From positions 1,120,001 to 1,184,000 of the forward strand of contig OZ253555.1 in the NCBI GenBank assembly GCA_965262725.1: DNA of 64,000 nucleotides, given 5' to 3'. The notes under the pieces are model-generated. The model worked only from the letters and a program-made list of their open reading frames with translations. It ran no database searches and was not told where the DNA came from. The stretch is from Dehalococcoidia bacterium. GTDB lineage: Bacteria; Chloroflexota; Dehalococcoidia; UBA2979. A program made the translations under genes and the position numbers. Below are positions 39,382 to 50,705 of the stretch, piece after piece. Position 1 is the stretch's first letter. Each line of letters starts with the position of its first letter.

Positions 39382-40774
39382 CAGGGTCGGGAAAAAGGCC
39401 CCCTTTGGCGCGGCCACGGAGCGAATCACCGCCAAGAGGGCGTATGCGGCGTCATTTCGGGGCCGATTCTGGCCCCCTCCGGGGCTCTCTCAGCCCGTCC
39501 GGGCGCCCCGGGACCTACTCCGGGCGCACTACGCCCGTGACAGCGCGGCGTCGATATTGGCCACGCGCACCAGGTTGTACGCGGCAGCGCCCATCTCCAT
39601 CCAGAAACCGTTGACCTGTTCGCCGATGTAGCGGAGCTTGCGCCCGCCCCCCACGGTCTTCAGCCACCCGAAGCTCTCCTCCACCATCTTGCGCCGGCGC
39701 TGACTCACCTCGTAGCCGGGCGTCTGCGCCACCTCCTCGGGGATGGCGCTGTGCTTCGCTCGCCGTGCCACGTGCGGCACGACCCCGAGTTCGCACAGCC
39801 CCTCCACGAAGTGCTTCGCGTCGTATCCCTTGTCGGCGCCCAGCGTCGCCCCCGGTGTCAGGCTGCGCTCGGCCATGGCCAGCGCCGCATCCCGCTCCGC
39901 CCGCCCGTGCGCCGTCGTGAGCTCGACATCGACGATGAGCCCGTTGCGGTTCTCCGTCATCACATGCCCGATGTAGCTCGGGCGCGCCGCCTGCCCGTTC
40001 CCCTTCCGGTACAGGTGCGCGCCGGGATCGGTCGTGCTGACGTGGGTGTCCCGGTGCCGGCGCTCGCCGCGGAAGTCGACGTCCGGATTGCGGCCCGCAG
40101 GCTTGTCCCCGTCCTGCTCGTCGCGTGACCGGTAGCTCTTGTGCGACGCCCACGCCTCGAGCTGCGACCCGTCGACCGTGAAGTGCTCCTCGGACAGCAG
40201 GTTCCGCTCCCTCGCCTCCCTCACGACTTCCTCGAAGAACCCCCGGGCGATGTCGCCGTCAAGGAGCCGGGAGCGGTTCTTCGAGAACGTGGAGCGGTCG
40301 AAGGAACCGGGGTCTCCCGGGAGGTCGAGGAACCACTTGAACGCCATGTCGGACCGCAGCCGCTCGCAGAACTGGCTCTCGCTACGAATCGAGAAGAAGG
40401 CGATGAGGAGTGTCGACTTGAGCAGCGTCTCGGGCGGAATCGACGGTCGCCCGGACTCGCTGTAGAGACCGTCGAAGCGCGGGGAGAGATTGGCGAGCGC
40501 CCGGTCGACGATGGGCTTGATGCGTCGGAGCGGGTGGTCGCTGGGGACGAACATCTCCGGGCAGGTGAGAGTGGCGCGGCCCTGGTCCTCGCTCTGTCCT
40601 CGCATCGATATCCTCCCTCGTGGGGGTCCCTCTTGTATGATCGTTAGTATACTCGTCTTATCAGTTACAGTCGACCACTACCTGGGGCTTCTGACAGCTA
40701 CCGGGGGCGTTTGTTGCACCCGCGGGGCACCGCCGGCCATGCTCCGGGCACCCAGGGAGAAAATCACAACCCTG
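39382..40774 (-). mobile_element. IS5-family insertion sequence (about 1393 bp)
   Basis: CTAG flanks at 39378-39381 and 40775-40778; imperfect TIRs CAGGGTCGGGA / TCACAACCCTG. Confidence 0.85.
39529..40605 (-). CDS. IS5-family DDE transposase
   Basis: VPSDHPLR, GRPSIPPE, FSKNRSRL, FTVDGS, ENRNGL, GADKGYD, SQRRRKMVEESFGWLK. Confidence 0.93.
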   Translation of the reverse strand: MRGQSEDQGRATLTCPEMFVPSDHPLRRIKPIVDRALANLSPRFDGLYSESGRPSIPPETLLKSTLLIAFFSIRSESQFCERLRSDMAFKWFLDLPGDPGSFDRSTFSKNRSRLLDGDIARGFFEEVVREARERNLLSEEHFTVDGSQLEAWASHKSYRSRDEQDGDKPAGRNPDVDFRGERRHRDTHVSTTDPGAHLYRKGNGQAARPSYIGHVMTENRNGLIVDVELTTAHGRAERDAALAMAERSLTPGATLGADKGYDAKHFVEGLCELGVVPHVARRAKHSAIPEEVAQTPGYEVSQRRRKMVEESFGWLKTVGGGRKLRYIGEQVNGFWMEMGAAAYNLVRVANIDAALSRA

Positions 40775-40815
40775 CTAGGGCCGGCGATTCATCGCGCGGG
40801 CCCTGTATATCGGCC

Positions 40816-43152
40816 TCAGCGCGGAAGCGGGGGCACTTCCGGTGCTCCGCGCGCGCCCGCGAGCTCGGCGCGGACGACGCGGGCCGCCTCGACCATGTTC
40901 CTGAGGGCTGGTTCCGTCTCTTCGTAGCGGCGTGTCTTGAGCCCGCAGTCGGGGTTGACCCACAGCAGGGGCGCCCGTAGTGCCGCGGCCGCCTCGCGAA
41001 GCCGCTGTGCCATCTCACCGGTGGGCGGCACGCGCGGCGAGTGGATGTCGTATACGCCGGGGCCGATCCCCTTGTGATACGCGTGCTCCCGGAAGACTCG
41101 CAGTAGCTCCGCGCCGGAGCGCGCGTTCTCGATCGAGATCACGTCCGCGTCGAGATCGGAGATCGCCTCGATGATGTCGTTGAACTCGGCATAGCACATG
41201 TGCGTGTGTATCTGCGTCTCGTCGGCGACGCCGGACGTCGCGAGCCGGAAGCACGCGACGGCCCACGCTAGGTACGAGGTCCAGTCGTCGCGGCGCAGGG
41301 GCAACCCCTCGCGCAGGGCGGGTTCGTCGATCTGGATCACGGAGATGCCGGCCGCCTCCAGCGCCACTGTCTCGTCGCGAATCGCCAGGGCGATCTGGCG
41401 GCAGGTCTCGGAGCGCGGCTGGTCGTCGCGCACGAACGACCAGTTGAGAATAGTGACCGGCCCGGTCAGCATCCCCTTCACGGGCCGGTCGGTCAGAGAC
41501 TGCGCGTAGCGCGACCATCGAACGGTCATCGCTCCGGGGCGTGCGACGTCGCCGTAGATGATCGGCGGCTTGACGTAGCGCGAGCCGTAGGACTGCACCC
41601 AGCCGGATCGCGTGAACGCGAACCCCTCGAGCTCCCGTCCGAAGTGCTCGACCATGTCGCCGCGCTCGGGTTCGCCGTGGACGAGCACGTCGAGCCCGAT
41701 CTCCTCCTGTAACCGGATCACTCGCTCGATCGTGGACTCGATCACGCTCTCGTAGGCCGACTCGTCGAGGTCGCCGGCGTCGCGCTCCCGTCGAGCACGT
41801 CGGAGCTCCGGCGTCTGCGGGAAGGAACCGATGGTGGTGGTCGGGAGGAGGGGAAGCCCGAGGCGCTGCTGCTGAATGGCCCGGCGCTCGGCACCGGGCG
41901 TGGCGCGCCTGTACGCCGCATTCCCGGTCGCGGCGACTCGCTCGCGCACGGTCGATTCGCGTGCGCGGAGCGCGGCCCGCCGGGCGGCGGCGATGCGCTC
42001 GCTCTCGGCGAGTCGCGTCGCCACCTCCTCGTCGTCCGGGTCGTCGACGGCGCGGGCTAGCGTCGCGACCTCCTCGATCTTCTGATCGGCGAAGGCGAGC
42101 CACGGGCGCAGCTCCTCGTCGAGCCGATCCTCGCGCATCGCATCCATCGGGACGTGGAGCAGGGAGCACGAGCTCCCGACGATGAGCCGATCCTTCCCGA
42201 CCACGGCTCGGAGCTCGCGCAGCTCGGCGAGCGCCGCACGGAGGTCGGTGCGCCAGATGTTGCGCCCGTCGACGACGCCGGCGACGAGGTGCTTGCCTGC
42301 GAGCCCGTGGCGCCGCACCAGCTCGGTGTTGCGCCGGCCCCGCCTCAGGTCGAGGCCGATCGCCGCTACCGGAAGCCCGCGCAGTGTGTGGAAGGCCTCG
42401 CCCACGTCGCCGAAATACGTCTGCACCAGAAGGCCGGCGTCGCCGCTCGCGGGCGCGAGCGCCTGGTAGGCGTCGCCCAGTGCAGCGAGCTCGCGCGGGT
42501 CACGGTCCTGCACCAGAACCGGCTCGTCGAGCTGCACCCAGATGGCGCCCGCCGCGGTCAGCGCGCGCAGCACCTCGGCGTAGACCTCCGCGAGTGCCGG
42601 CAGCAGGGAAAGGCGGTCGAAGCCCGGATCGTCCGGCGATTTCGCCAACAGCAGGAAGGAGAGCGGACCCAGCAGGACTGGCACGGTCTCTATTCCGGCC
42701 TCGCGTGCCTCCCGGTACTCGTCGAGTGGCTTCTGCGAGGCGAGGGAAAAGCGCGTCTCCGGCCCGAGCTCGGGGACGATGTAGTGGTAGTTGGTGTCGA
42801 ACCACTTCGTCATCTCCATCGCTGTGACGTCGAGGCGGTCACGCTGCGCGCCGCGCGCCATCGCGAAGTAGGTGTCGATGTCGACGCGCTCGCCATCCCA
42901 TCGATAGCGCGGTGGCACCGCCCCGACCAGAGCGGCGGTGTCGAGGACGTGGTCGTAGAGCGAGAACGTGTTCGAGGGGATGAGGTCGATGCCGGCCTCC
43001 CGCATCCGCCGCCACGCGGCGAGCCGCAGATCGCGGCCGGTCGAGAGCAGCTCGTCCTCGCTGGCCTTTCCGGCCCAGTAGCGCTCGGTTGCGCGCTTGA
43101 GCTCCCGGTCTCGGCCGATGCGTGGATAGCCTTGGACGGCGGAGGCGGTCAC
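40816..43152 (-). CDS. metE: Cobalamin-independent methionine synthase
   Basis: GYPRIG..RELK, KWFDTNYHY, TTTIGSFPQT, HGEPER, HTHMCY, WVNPDCGLKTR; GTG start. Confidence 0.96.
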   Translation of the reverse strand: MTASAVQGYPRIGRDRELKRATERYWAGKASEDELLSTGRDLRLAAWRRMREAGIDLIPSNTFSLYDHVLDTAALVGAVPPRYRWDGERVDIDTYFAMARGAQRDRLDVTAMEMTKWFDTNYHYIVPELGPETRFSLASQKPLDEYREAREAGIETVPVLLGPLSFLLLAKSPDDPGFDRLSLLPALAEVYAEVLRALTAAGAIWVQLDEPVLVQDRDPRELAALGDAYQALAPASGDAGLLVQTYFGDVGEAFHTLRGLPVAAIGLDLRRGRRNTELVRRHGLAGKHLVAGVVDGRNIWRTDLRAALAELRELRAVVGKDRLIVGSSCSLLHVPMDAMREDRLDEELRPWLAFADQKIEEVATLARAVDDPDDEEVATRLAESERIAAARRAALRARESTVRERVAATGNAAYRRATPGAERRAIQQQRLGLPLLPTTTIGSFPQTPELRRARRERDAGDLDESAYESVIESTIERVIRLQEEIGLDVLVHGEPERGDMVEHFGRELEGFAFTRSGWVQSYGSRYVKPPIIYGDVARPGAMTVRWSRYAQSLTDRPVKGMLTGPVTILNWSFVRDDQPRSETCRQIALAIRDETVALEAAGISVIQIDEPALREGLPLRRDDWTSYLAWAVACFRLATSGVADETQIHTHMCYAEFNDIIEAISDLDADVISIENARSGAELLRVFREHAYHKGIGPGVYDIHSPRVPPTGEMAQRLREAAAALRAPLLWVNPDCGLKTRRYEETEPALRNMVEAARVVRAELAGARGAPEVPPLPR

Positions 43153-43538
43153 GGGCCCGACCCCAGGCTGTTGTGCGGACTCCCGTTCGGTGCCGCGGGT
43201 CGGTCGTGCGGCGCATCGGCTTCTCGGCGGGTGGGCGGTCTCCCCTCGTCGACCGGATAGCCGACTGCCAGCGCGGCTTGCGCGGGTCCGGGGCTCTCCC
43301 CCGGTTCCGCGGGCGGCGGAACGAGCAGCACGTCGCGCAGCTCGAAGCGCTCCCCAGCGCGCGTGGCGATGCGCATCCCGCCGAGGTGGGGCAAAGCCTC
43401 CGGGTCGCCGGTGAGGAAGATGCGCACGCGCCCCCTCGCGTCCCGGCGTTGCTCCCGCGCATGGACCAGGGTGCGACGGCCGTGGATGCGGGTGGTCAGC
43501 ACCTCGTCGACGCGCGGTCGGCCCGGGCACTCTCTCAT
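43149..43538 (-). CDS. Hypothetical protein coupled to metE
   Basis: 4-bp start/stop overlaps with both neighbours. Confidence 0.55.
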   Translation of the reverse strand: MRECPGRPRVDEVLTTRIHGRRTLVHAREQRRDARGRVRIFLTGDPEALPHLGGMRIATRAGERFELRDVLLVPPPAEPGESPGPAQAALAVGYPVDEGRPPTRREADAPHDRPAAPNGSPHNSLGSGP

Positions 43539-43846
43539 GAGAGGCGGCGCGTCAGCGCGACCGCGTGGTAGACGCGCTGCACCTCGTATCCCTGGTCGTC
43601 CTGGCCCACGAGCGGCTTGATCCAGCTGACGCGGAAGCGCCGCCCGTCCGAGGTGGCGAAGACGCCCCCCTCGAGACCGCTGAAGGCGTCGGGCTCGCCG
43701 ACGAGGCGGAACAGCGCCTCATCGGCGCGAAACTCGAAGGCCGCGAGCCGCGCGCGGCGCTCCTCGCGGGCGTGCAGCTCGCGACGGCGCGGCGGTCGCT
43801 CTGTCTCGACCGTGACGAACTCGTTGATCGCGACCGGCTCGCCCAT
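43535..43846 (-). CDS. Hypothetical protein
   Basis: Protein-like composition; ATGA overlap with the next ORF. Confidence 0.65.
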   Translation of the reverse strand: MGEPVAINEFVTVETERPPRRRELHAREERRARLAAFEFRADEALFRLVGEPDAFSGLEGGVFATSDGRRFRVSWIKPLVGQDDQGYEVQRVYHAVALTRRLS

Positions 43847-44016
43847 GCACCCATCGTGGATCAGAGGTCAGACCGAGCGCCAGTGGCCCGGCATCCGGCG
43901 CGGGTCGCTTCTGCGGCCGTGCAGGCGCGCCGTGACGATCGGTTTCGGATCCGGGCCGGGCACGGCGCCGGTCATCTTCCGCGAGTAGGTCGCCGCGACC
44001 CGGATGGGAGCGACGC

Positions 44017-47000
44017 CTAGCTGCATCCGCTTGTGGAGCCGCAACTCATGCACTTCAGGCACGTGCCGTTGCGCACCATCATCATCTGGCCGCACTCATC
44101 GCAGGGATCCCCCTCGAAACCCTGCTGCCGAGCCCGTGCGACCGCCTCGTAGCTCCCCTTGACGGCCTCCGCCACGGTGACGCGCGCGATCACGGGCGCG
44201 TTCACGTGCTCGCCGTCGCGACCCCGGGAGATGATCGCGGCCGCCGGGAGGCCTTCGCGGAGAGCCGGTTGATCGGCAATCGCTGCCGCCTCGACCCGAC
44301 CGGGCGGCATGGGCGAGGGCTCCTCCTCCACCTCGGCGGTCGAGCCCGAGTCGAGATCGATGGGGCCGAAGTGCGCGAGGTCGTCCCGTTCGAGGTAGCT
44401 GATGCCCAGCTCTCGGAAGACGTAGTCGATGATCGACGTTGCCATCTGGATCCGGTCGTGCCCGGTGACGATGCCGTTCGGCTCGAATTTCGTGAAGACG
44501 AACGAGTCGACGTAGGCGGACAGCGGCACGCCGTGCTGCAGCCCGATCGAGACCGCGATGGCGAAACAGTTCATCAGCGAGCGGAACGCCGCCCCGTCCT
44601 TCGACATGGAGATGAACAGCTCGCCGAGCCGGGGCCGTCCGGTGTCAGGATCGTTCGACTCGAAGTGGCCGGTGTGCAGGTAGATGGTGTGCCCGCCGAC
44701 CTTGGCCTTCTGTGCATAGCCGTTGCGCCGTGACGGGAGCGGTTCGCGGCTGCCGCGGCCGAGCGCCCGTTCGGTCGCGGGGGTGAGGCCGCGCTCGGCG
44801 CGGTGCGCGAGGTGGCCCGCCACCGCGAGCACCCGGTCTGGCGCACTCGCGGCCGCCAGCTCGTCGAGCATCTCGGCGATCACGTCTTCGGTCTCGGTGT
44901 CGAACGTGTCGGCGGCCTCGAAGAGCGCCGCGGCGAGCGGCTGCGACAGCTTCGAGCCGTCACGATAGAGCGCGATCGCCTTCAGCATCGACTCGGCGGA
45001 GGCCATATAGACCTGCTTCACGTCGTCGACGGTGGCCGAGTTCGGCATGTTGATCGTCTTGCTGATCGCCCCGGAAAGGAACGGTTGCGCCGCCGCCATG
45101 ATCCGGACGTGCGCCATTGGTTCGATGTAGCGCGTGCCGTAGCGCCCGCAGGTGGTCGCGCAATCGAAGACCGGGTAGTCCTTCTCGCGCAGATGCGGAG
45201 CTCCCTCGATCGTCATGCGGCCGAGGATGTGGTCGTTGGCGGCCTCGACCTGTCGCTCGTCGAAGCCCAGCGCCGTCAGCATGTCGAAGTCCGGGTCGTC
45301 GAGCTCTTCCTCCGGGATTCCCAGCACATCCGCGCAGAGCTGCTCACCCAGCGTGTACCGGTTGAAGACGAAGCGGATGTGGAAGGCCGTGCGGAGTGCC
45401 TCGTCGATGCGGTCGAGCGCGGGCTGCGTCAGCCCGGCCTGCGCCAGGGTGTGGCGGTTGATGAAGGGGGCACCCTCCAGCCGGCTCGTGCCGGCGCAGT
45501 AGTCGATAATCTCATCGATCTGCTCGCGCCGGTACCCGAGGCGGGCGAGCGCCCGCGGCACCGCGTGATTGATGATGCGGAAGTAGCCGCCGCCCGCGAG
45601 CTTCTTGAACTTCACGAGCGCGAAGTCCGGCTCGACTCCGGTCGTGTCGCAGTCCATCAGCAGGCCGATGGTCCCGGTGGGAGCGATCAACGTGGCCTGC
45701 GCGTTGCGGTAGCCGTGCGCCTCGCCGAGTCGAACCGCGCGGTCCCATGAACTGCGAGCCGCGGCCAGTAGATCGGGCGGGCACGTGCTCTCGTCGAGGG
45801 GAGCCGGCAAGACGGAGAGACCCTCGTATTCGTCGGCAGGAACGGCGTAGGCCGCGCGCCGGTGGTTGTGCACCACGCGCAGCATCGCGGCGCGGTTCTC
45901 GGCGAATCGCGCGAACGGGCCAAGGTCGGCCGCCAGCTCCGCCGACGCCGCGTAGGAGGTGCCGGTGAGGATCGCAGAGAGCGCCCCGGTCCACGCGAGT
46001 GCCTCCGGGGAGTCGTACGGGATGCCCTGCACCATCAGCAGCGCGCCAATGTTGGCGTAGCCGAGGCCCAGGGTGCGGTAGTCGTAGGAGCGCTGAGCGA
46101 TCTCGCGGCTGGGGAACTGCGCCATCAGGACGGAGATCTCAAGGACGATCGTCCACAGCCGCGCGGCGTGTTCGTACGCCTTGGTGTCGAAGACACCCGT
46201 CTCCTCGTCAAGGAACGGGAGGAGGTTGAGGGAGGCGAGGTTGCATGCCGTGTCGTCGAGGAACATGTACTCGGAGCAGGGGTTGGAGCCGTTGATGCGC
46301 CCCCCGGCCGGCGAGGTGTGCCACTCGTTGACCGTGGTGTCGAATTGGAGCCCGGGGTCGGCGCTCTGCCACGCGGCTCGAGCGACGCGCTCCCAGAGGC
46401 TGCTTGCGGGAAGCGTGCTGGACACCGATCCGTCGGTGCGGCGCCGGAGCGACCACTCTCGCCCATCGCGAACGGCGGCGAGGAACTGTTCTGTAACCCG
46501 CACTGAGTTGTTGGAGTTTTGCCCGGAGACGCTCTGGTAGGCCTCTCCCTGCCAGTCCGTATCGAAGGTGCGGAGATCCAGTTCCTGCTCGCCCTGTTTG
46601 GCGAGCTGCAACACGCGCTGCACGTAGAGCTCGGGCACTCCGTCCCGCCGCGCCCGCCGGATGGCGCGTCTCAGGGGTCGGTTCGTCGCCGGGTCGAGCA
46701 CCAGGCCGTCGTGCTCGGTGTCGCCGTGGCGCGCCGCGTCCAAGATTGCGGCGAGGTGGCGACGCAGCACGCGCGAGCCCGCAACCATGGTCGCGACCTT
46801 GTGCTCCTCGTCGACCTTCCAGTCGATGAACTTCTCCACATCGGGGTGGTCGGCGTTGACGATCACCATCTTCGCGGCGCGGCGCGTCGTGCCGCCGGAC
46901 TTGATCGCGCCGGCGGCGCGATCCCCGATCTTCAGGAACGACATCAGCCCGGACGATCGTCCCCCGCCGGAAAGCGGCTCTTCCTCGCCACGGATCGCCG

Positions 47001-47682
47001 AGAAGTTGGATCCCGTGCCGGAGCCGTACTTGAAGACGCGTGCCTCGCGCGTCCAGAGGTCCATGATGCCGCCGTCGTTAACGAGGTCGTCCGCCACGGA
47101 CTGAATGAAGCAGGCGTGCGGCTGCGGGCGCTCGTAGGCGCTGGTGGAGCGGGCGGGCTCCCCCGACTCCAGGTCGACGTAGTGGTGGCCCTGTGGAGGT
47201 CCGGTGATCCCGTATGCCCAGTGCAGGCCGGTGTTGAACCACTGCGGCGAGTTCGGCGCCGCGCGCTGCGTGGAGAGCATGTAGCAGAGCTCGTCGTAGA
47301 AGGCGCGCGCGTCGTCCTCAGCATCGAAGTAGCCGTGTTTCCAGCCCCAGTAGGCCCAGGTCCCGGCGAGGCGGTGAAACGCCTGGCGCGCGTCGCGCTC
47401 GGCCCCGAACGAGGCACCGGGCTCCGGCTCGGAGCGCCACAGCCACTTCGGGACGCCCTCTTCCGGGATGCGGCGCACCGACTCCGGCACGCCCGCCTTC
47501 CGGAAGTACTTCTGCGCGAGGATGTCTGTTGCGACCTGTGACCACTGCGAGGGCACGTGCAGATCCGTCGCTTGGAAGACGACGGAGCCGTCTGGGTTGA
47601 CGATGCGTGAGCCCCTGTCGTCGAAGGAGACGCCCTCGTAAGGGTCGTTTCCGGCGGTGGTGAAGTGGCGGTGAATATGCAT
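44017..47682 (-). CDS. nrdJ: Class II (B12-dependent) ribonucleotide reductase
   Basis: [50 protein letters not shown]-terminal Cys motifs ending SGCS. Confidence 0.96.
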   Translation of the reverse strand: MHIHRHFTTAGNDPYEGVSFDDRGSRIVNPDGSVVFQATDLHVPSQWSQVATDILAQKYFRKAGVPESVRRIPEEGVPKWLWRSEPEPGASFGAERDARQAFHRLAGTWAYWGWKHGYFDAEDDARAFYDELCYMLSTQRAAPNSPQWFNTGLHWAYGITGPPQGHHYVDLESGEPARSTSAYERPQPHACFIQSVADDLVNDGGIMDLWTREARVFKYGSGTGSNFSAIRGEEEPLSGGGRSSGLMSFLKIGDRAAGAIKSGGTTRRAAKMVIVNADHPDVEKFIDWKVDEEHKVATMVAGSRVLRRHLAAILDAARHGDTEHDGLVLDPATNRPLRRAIRRARRDGVPELYVQRVLQLAKQGEQELDLRTFDTDWQGEAYQSVSGQNSNNSVRVTEQFLAAVRDGREWSLRRRTDGSVSSTLPASSLWERVARAAWQSADPGLQFDTTVNEWHTSPAGGRINGSNPCSEYMFLDDTACNLASLNLLPFLDEETGVFDTKAYEHAARLWTIVLEISVLMAQFPSREIAQRSYDYRTLGLGYANIGALLMVQGIPYDSPEALAWTGALSAILTGTSYAASAELAADLGPFARFAENRAAMLRVVHNHRRAAYAVPADEYEGLSVLPAPLDESTCPPDLLAAARSSWDRAVRLGEAHGYRNAQATLIAPTGTIGLLMDCDTTGVEPDFALVKFKKLAGGGYFRIINHAVPRALARLGYRREQIDEIIDYCAGTSRLEGAPFINRHTLAQAGLTQPALDRIDEALRTAFHIRFVFNRYTLGEQLCADVLGIPEEELDDPDFDMLTALGFDERQVEAANDHILGRMTIEGAPHLREKDYPVFDCATTCGRYGTRYIEPMAHVRIMAAAQPFLSGAISKTINMPNSATVDDVKQVYMASAESMLKAIALYRDGSKLSQPLAAALFEAADTFDTETEDVIAEMLDELAAASAPDRVLAVAGHLAHRAERGLTPATERALGRGSREPLPSRRNGYAQKAKVGGHTIYLHTGHFESNDPDTGRPRLGELFISMSKDGAAFRSLMNCFAIAVSIGLQHGVPLSAYVDSFVFTKFEPNGIVTGHDRIQMATSIIDYVFRELGISYLERDDLAHFGPIDLDSGSTAEVEEEPSPMPPGRVEAAAIADQPALREGLPAAAIISRGRDGEHVNAPVIARVTVAEAVKGSYEAVARARQQGFEGDPCDECGQMMMVRNGTCLKCMSCGSTSGCS

Positions 47683-48037
47683 CGGGCGGTCCTTTGGGTG
47701 ATGCTGACTGCCGGGCCTCGCTGTGGGGTCTGCGGCATCCGCTTCGGATGGTAGTCCACCCATGCGGTCCGCTGACTAGACAGCGGGGGGGAAGGCAAGA
47801 TAGGCAGCCGGGATGGCGTTTGTCAAACGCGCCTATTCCCTTGATTCGAATCTCGTGTCTGCGCGAAATTATGTTCTGTTCTCTCACGCTATCGGATCTC
47901 GACACCGCTGCCAACGCCGGGTGTCGGCGAGGCCGACTGGGGAAGCCGGGCTCGCGCTGTGGGAGCGACGGCCCGTACCGGCTCGGCCTCTAGACGGCCT
48001 CGCGCTACGCTGTTCCGCGCGCTGAGCGAGGGTGACG

Positions 48038-48670
48038 ATGGCCGAGGTCTACTACACGTGGCGTCGGGATCCGGCGCTGCGCCACTTCGCCGAGGACTTC
48101 CGCACCATTCTTGCGGGCGGCACGCGGGGACGCGCGTTGCTCGATGCGCTGCGCGTTCCCCTCGAATGCCTGCTCGACTCGCGAGGGTGGCTCGAGGCGT
48201 CGTTCCTGCGCCCGGTTCCCGGCGATGTCGCGGCATGGGCGCTCTACCGCTCGCACGATCCCGACCTGTGCCTCTTTACGATGGTCGTGCCGCCCGGCAT
48301 GAGGACGCGTGTCCACAATCACCTGACCGATGGGTGGGTCGCTCTGCTGCAGGGTGGACAGGTGGAGCACATCTACCGCCGCACGGACGATGGCTCTCGT
48401 GCCGGCTTCGCCGAGTTGGAACGCGTCAGCGCCAACCCGGTTGCCGAGGGGGAACTGACGCCGCTGCTCCATCCTGACCTCGACATCCACGCGGTCGAAA
48501 CCACCTCCGTCGACGCGTCGGTCTCCTTACACGTGCTCGCCAACGACCTCGGGACGGTGGAACGCCAGAGCTTCGATCCCGAGGCGCACACGGTGGAGAG
48601 CTTCGTCTCGGGCTACAGCAACGTGGACGGCGGCTCCGCGATCGGGCGCACCGATCCGTCCCGGGAATAG
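48038..48670 (+). CDS. Thiol dioxygenase-like cupin (cysteine/3-mercaptopropionate dioxygenase family)
   Basis: VHNH..W, DIHAV and SLHV 3-His-type motifs. Confidence 0.75.
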   Translation: MAEVYYTWRRDPALRHFAEDFRTILAGGTRGRALLDALRVPLECLLDSRGWLEASFLRPVPGDVAAWALYRSHDPDLCLFTMVVPPGMRTRVHNHLTDGWVALLQGGQVEHIYRRTDDGSRAGFAELERVSANPVAEGELTPLLHPDLDIHAVETTSVDASVSLHVLANDLGTVERQSFDPEAHTVESFVSGYSNVDGGSAIGRTDPSRE

Positions 48671-48741
48671 CGGGGAGCGCGCCTCATGCTGATCCGCCAC
48701 CAGCCCGTCGGCCGGGCATTCGGAGGACGGGAGCGGCGCGG

Positions 48742-50118
48742 ATGACCGGCGCCACGGCCGAGGAGGGGCAAGTCGCGGGGGAGGCGAGGGCGCCGGCCCT
48801 CGACACCGCTCTGTTTGCGCAGCGGCGCGAGCGGCTGATGGCGATGCTGGGGGAGGGCGCGGCCGCCGTCTTTGTCGGTGCGAGCGAGGTGCGGCGCAAC
48901 GGCGATGTCGACTACGCGTTCCGCCAGACGTCGACCATCCACTACCTGACGGGCTTCGACGAGCCGTCCGCGGCCTGCGTGCTGCGCCCCGGCGCCGACA
49001 AGCCCTACACGCTCTTCGTGCGGCCGCGCGATGCCGACCAGGAGCTGTGGTCGGGCGCGCGTGCGGGCGTGGAGGGTGCGGTCGGCGACTTCGGAGCCGA
49101 CGCTGCGCTTCCCATCGACGAGATGGAGCACCTACTACCGGAGCTGCTCGAGGGCGCGGGTTCGCTCTACTACTCACTCGGCCCCGCGGCCGGTCTCGCC
49201 GGCCGCGTTCAGGAGTCGCTGCTCGGCGCGCTGGCTCATCGCCGCGCCGAGGCTGTGCGCGGAGAGCGCGCGATCGAGCGCGTGCTCGACCCGTTCCCGC
49301 TCGTATCGGAGCTGCGGCTCCGGAAAGACCCGGCCGAGGTGGAGGCGCTGCGGCGGGCCGTGGACATAACCGCTTTCGGTATCGCGCGAGCCATGCGCAT
49401 GGCTCGCGCGGGTGTACACGAGTACGAGGTCCAGGCGGATCTGGAGGCGGAGTACCGTCGGCGGGGATCGCCGCGGACCGCCTTCCCCTCCATCGTCGCG
49501 GCCGGCTCCAATGCGTGCACGCTCCACTATGTGGCGAACCGCGCGCGTATCGAAGATGGCGATCTCCTGCTCGTCGACACGGGCGCGGAGGTCGATTACT
49601 ACGCCGCCGACGTGACCCGGACCTTCCCTGTGGGGAGTCGGTTCTCCGCTCCCCAGCGTGCGGTCTACGAGCTGGTGCTCGCGGCTCAGCGGGCGGCGAT
49701 CGCCGCCGTCGCCCCGGGGGTGCGCTTCCAGGACGTGCACGCGGAGGCGCTGCGGACGCTCGCCGCGGGTCTTCGGGATCTGGGGCTGATCGAGGGGGAG
49801 CTCACCTCGGACGCGGGGGCCGATGCCGTGCGCGCGTACTACCCGCACGCGACATCGCATTGGCTCGGTCTGGACGTGCATGACGCCGGGCCCTACCGCG
49901 TCGGCGGGGAGTCTGTGGTGCTTGAGCCGGGCATGGTGCTGACCGTCGAGCCGGGACTCTACATGAGGCCGGATGCCGAAGACGTGCCCGCCGCGTACCG
50001 CGGGATCGGTGTTCGCATAGAGGACGACGTGCTCGTCACGGAGACGGGGCACGACGTGCTCTCCGCAGCCATCCCCTCCGACCCCGATGAGCTCGAGCGC
50101 ATGGTCGCCGGCTCGTAG
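48742..50118 (+). CDS. pepP: Xaa-Pro aminopeptidase
   Basis: FRQ...YLTGF.EP, TLHY, DTG..YAADVTRT, HWLGLDVHD, TVEPGLY, GVRIEDD. Confidence 0.95.
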   Translation: MTGATAEEGQVAGEARAPALDTALFAQRRERLMAMLGEGAAAVFVGASEVRRNGDVDYAFRQTSTIHYLTGFDEPSAACVLRPGADKPYTLFVRPRDADQELWSGARAGVEGAVGDFGADAALPIDEMEHLLPELLEGAGSLYYSLGPAAGLAGRVQESLLGALAHRRAEAVRGERAIERVLDPFPLVSELRLRKDPAEVEALRRAVDITAFGIARAMRMARAGVHEYEVQADLEAEYRRRGSPRTAFPSIVAAGSNACTLHYVANRARIEDGDLLLVDTGAEVDYYAADVTRTFPVGSRFSAPQRAVYELVLAAQRAAIAAVAPGVRFQDVHAEALRTLAAGLRDLGLIEGELTSDAGADAVRAYYPHATSHWLGLDVHDAGPYRVGGESVVLEPGMVLTVEPGLYMRPDAEDVPAAYRGIGVRIEDDVLVTETGHDVLSAAIPSDPDELERMVAGS

Positions 50119-50126
50119 CGACGCGG

Positions 50127-50705
50127 TCAGACAGCGCGCAGCCCGTCGACGACGAGTCCGGCGCCGACGATGACCAGCAGCGCCGCGAGGAGCCTGGCGG
50201 CGGCCTCAAGCCAGAGCTCGAGCCGCCGCGGCAACGGCGCCGGAACCGCGGCCGAGGCGATCGCGGCGGCGCCGAGCGCGATCGCCGCGCCGACCAGCGT
50301 CGCGCCGGCACCGGAGCGCTCGCCGTAGGCGATCGCGGCGGCGATCACCGCGGGGCCGGCTAGGGCGGGGAAGGCGAGCGCAGAGGCGTACGCGGCCCCC
50401 GAGCGGGTGGCGAGAAGCCCCGCCTCCACCGCGCGGCCGCGCACGAGCGTGACGACGCCTGCCGCGAGCATCACGATTCCGGCGGCCAGAGCGAAGCTCG
50501 CGGCCGAGACGTCGAGCAGATCGCGCCAGCGCTCGTTGAGCAGCGCGCTGCCACCGACCAGTACGCCTGCGAGCGCCAGGGCGGGCAGCGCGAGCCTCCG
50601 TCGCCGCTCGAGGTCGGGCGCCTCGCCGCGGGTGGCCGCCAGTGTCACCGCCGGCGGGTTCACCACCGCGAGCATCGAGAGCACGAGGAGCGGCAGCGCA
50701 CTCAT
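50127..50705 (-). CDS. MarC family membrane protein
   Basis: AVVNPP and LAFPALAGPAVI motifs; about 6 TM segments. Confidence 0.75.
   Translation of the reverse strand: MSALPLLVLSMLAVVNPPAVTLAATRGEAPDLERRRRLALPALALAGVLVGGSALLNERWRDLLDVSAASFALAAGIVMLAAGVVTLVRGRAVEAGLLATRSGAAYASALAFPALAGPAVIAAAIAYGERSGAGATLVGAAIALGAAAIASAAVPAPLPRRLELWLEAAARLLAALLVIVGAGLVVDGLRAV

Noticed and set aside
43847-44016. Cobalamin or SAM riboswitch upstream of the metE operon
   Set aside because: GCCACTG occurs on the minus strand, but the GGGAA elements, B12 box and SAM-I core are not evident
47742-47790. NrdR boxes upstream of nrdJ
   Set aside because: Two TAGT-containing sites only weakly match the consensus; cannot be supported without a PWM scan
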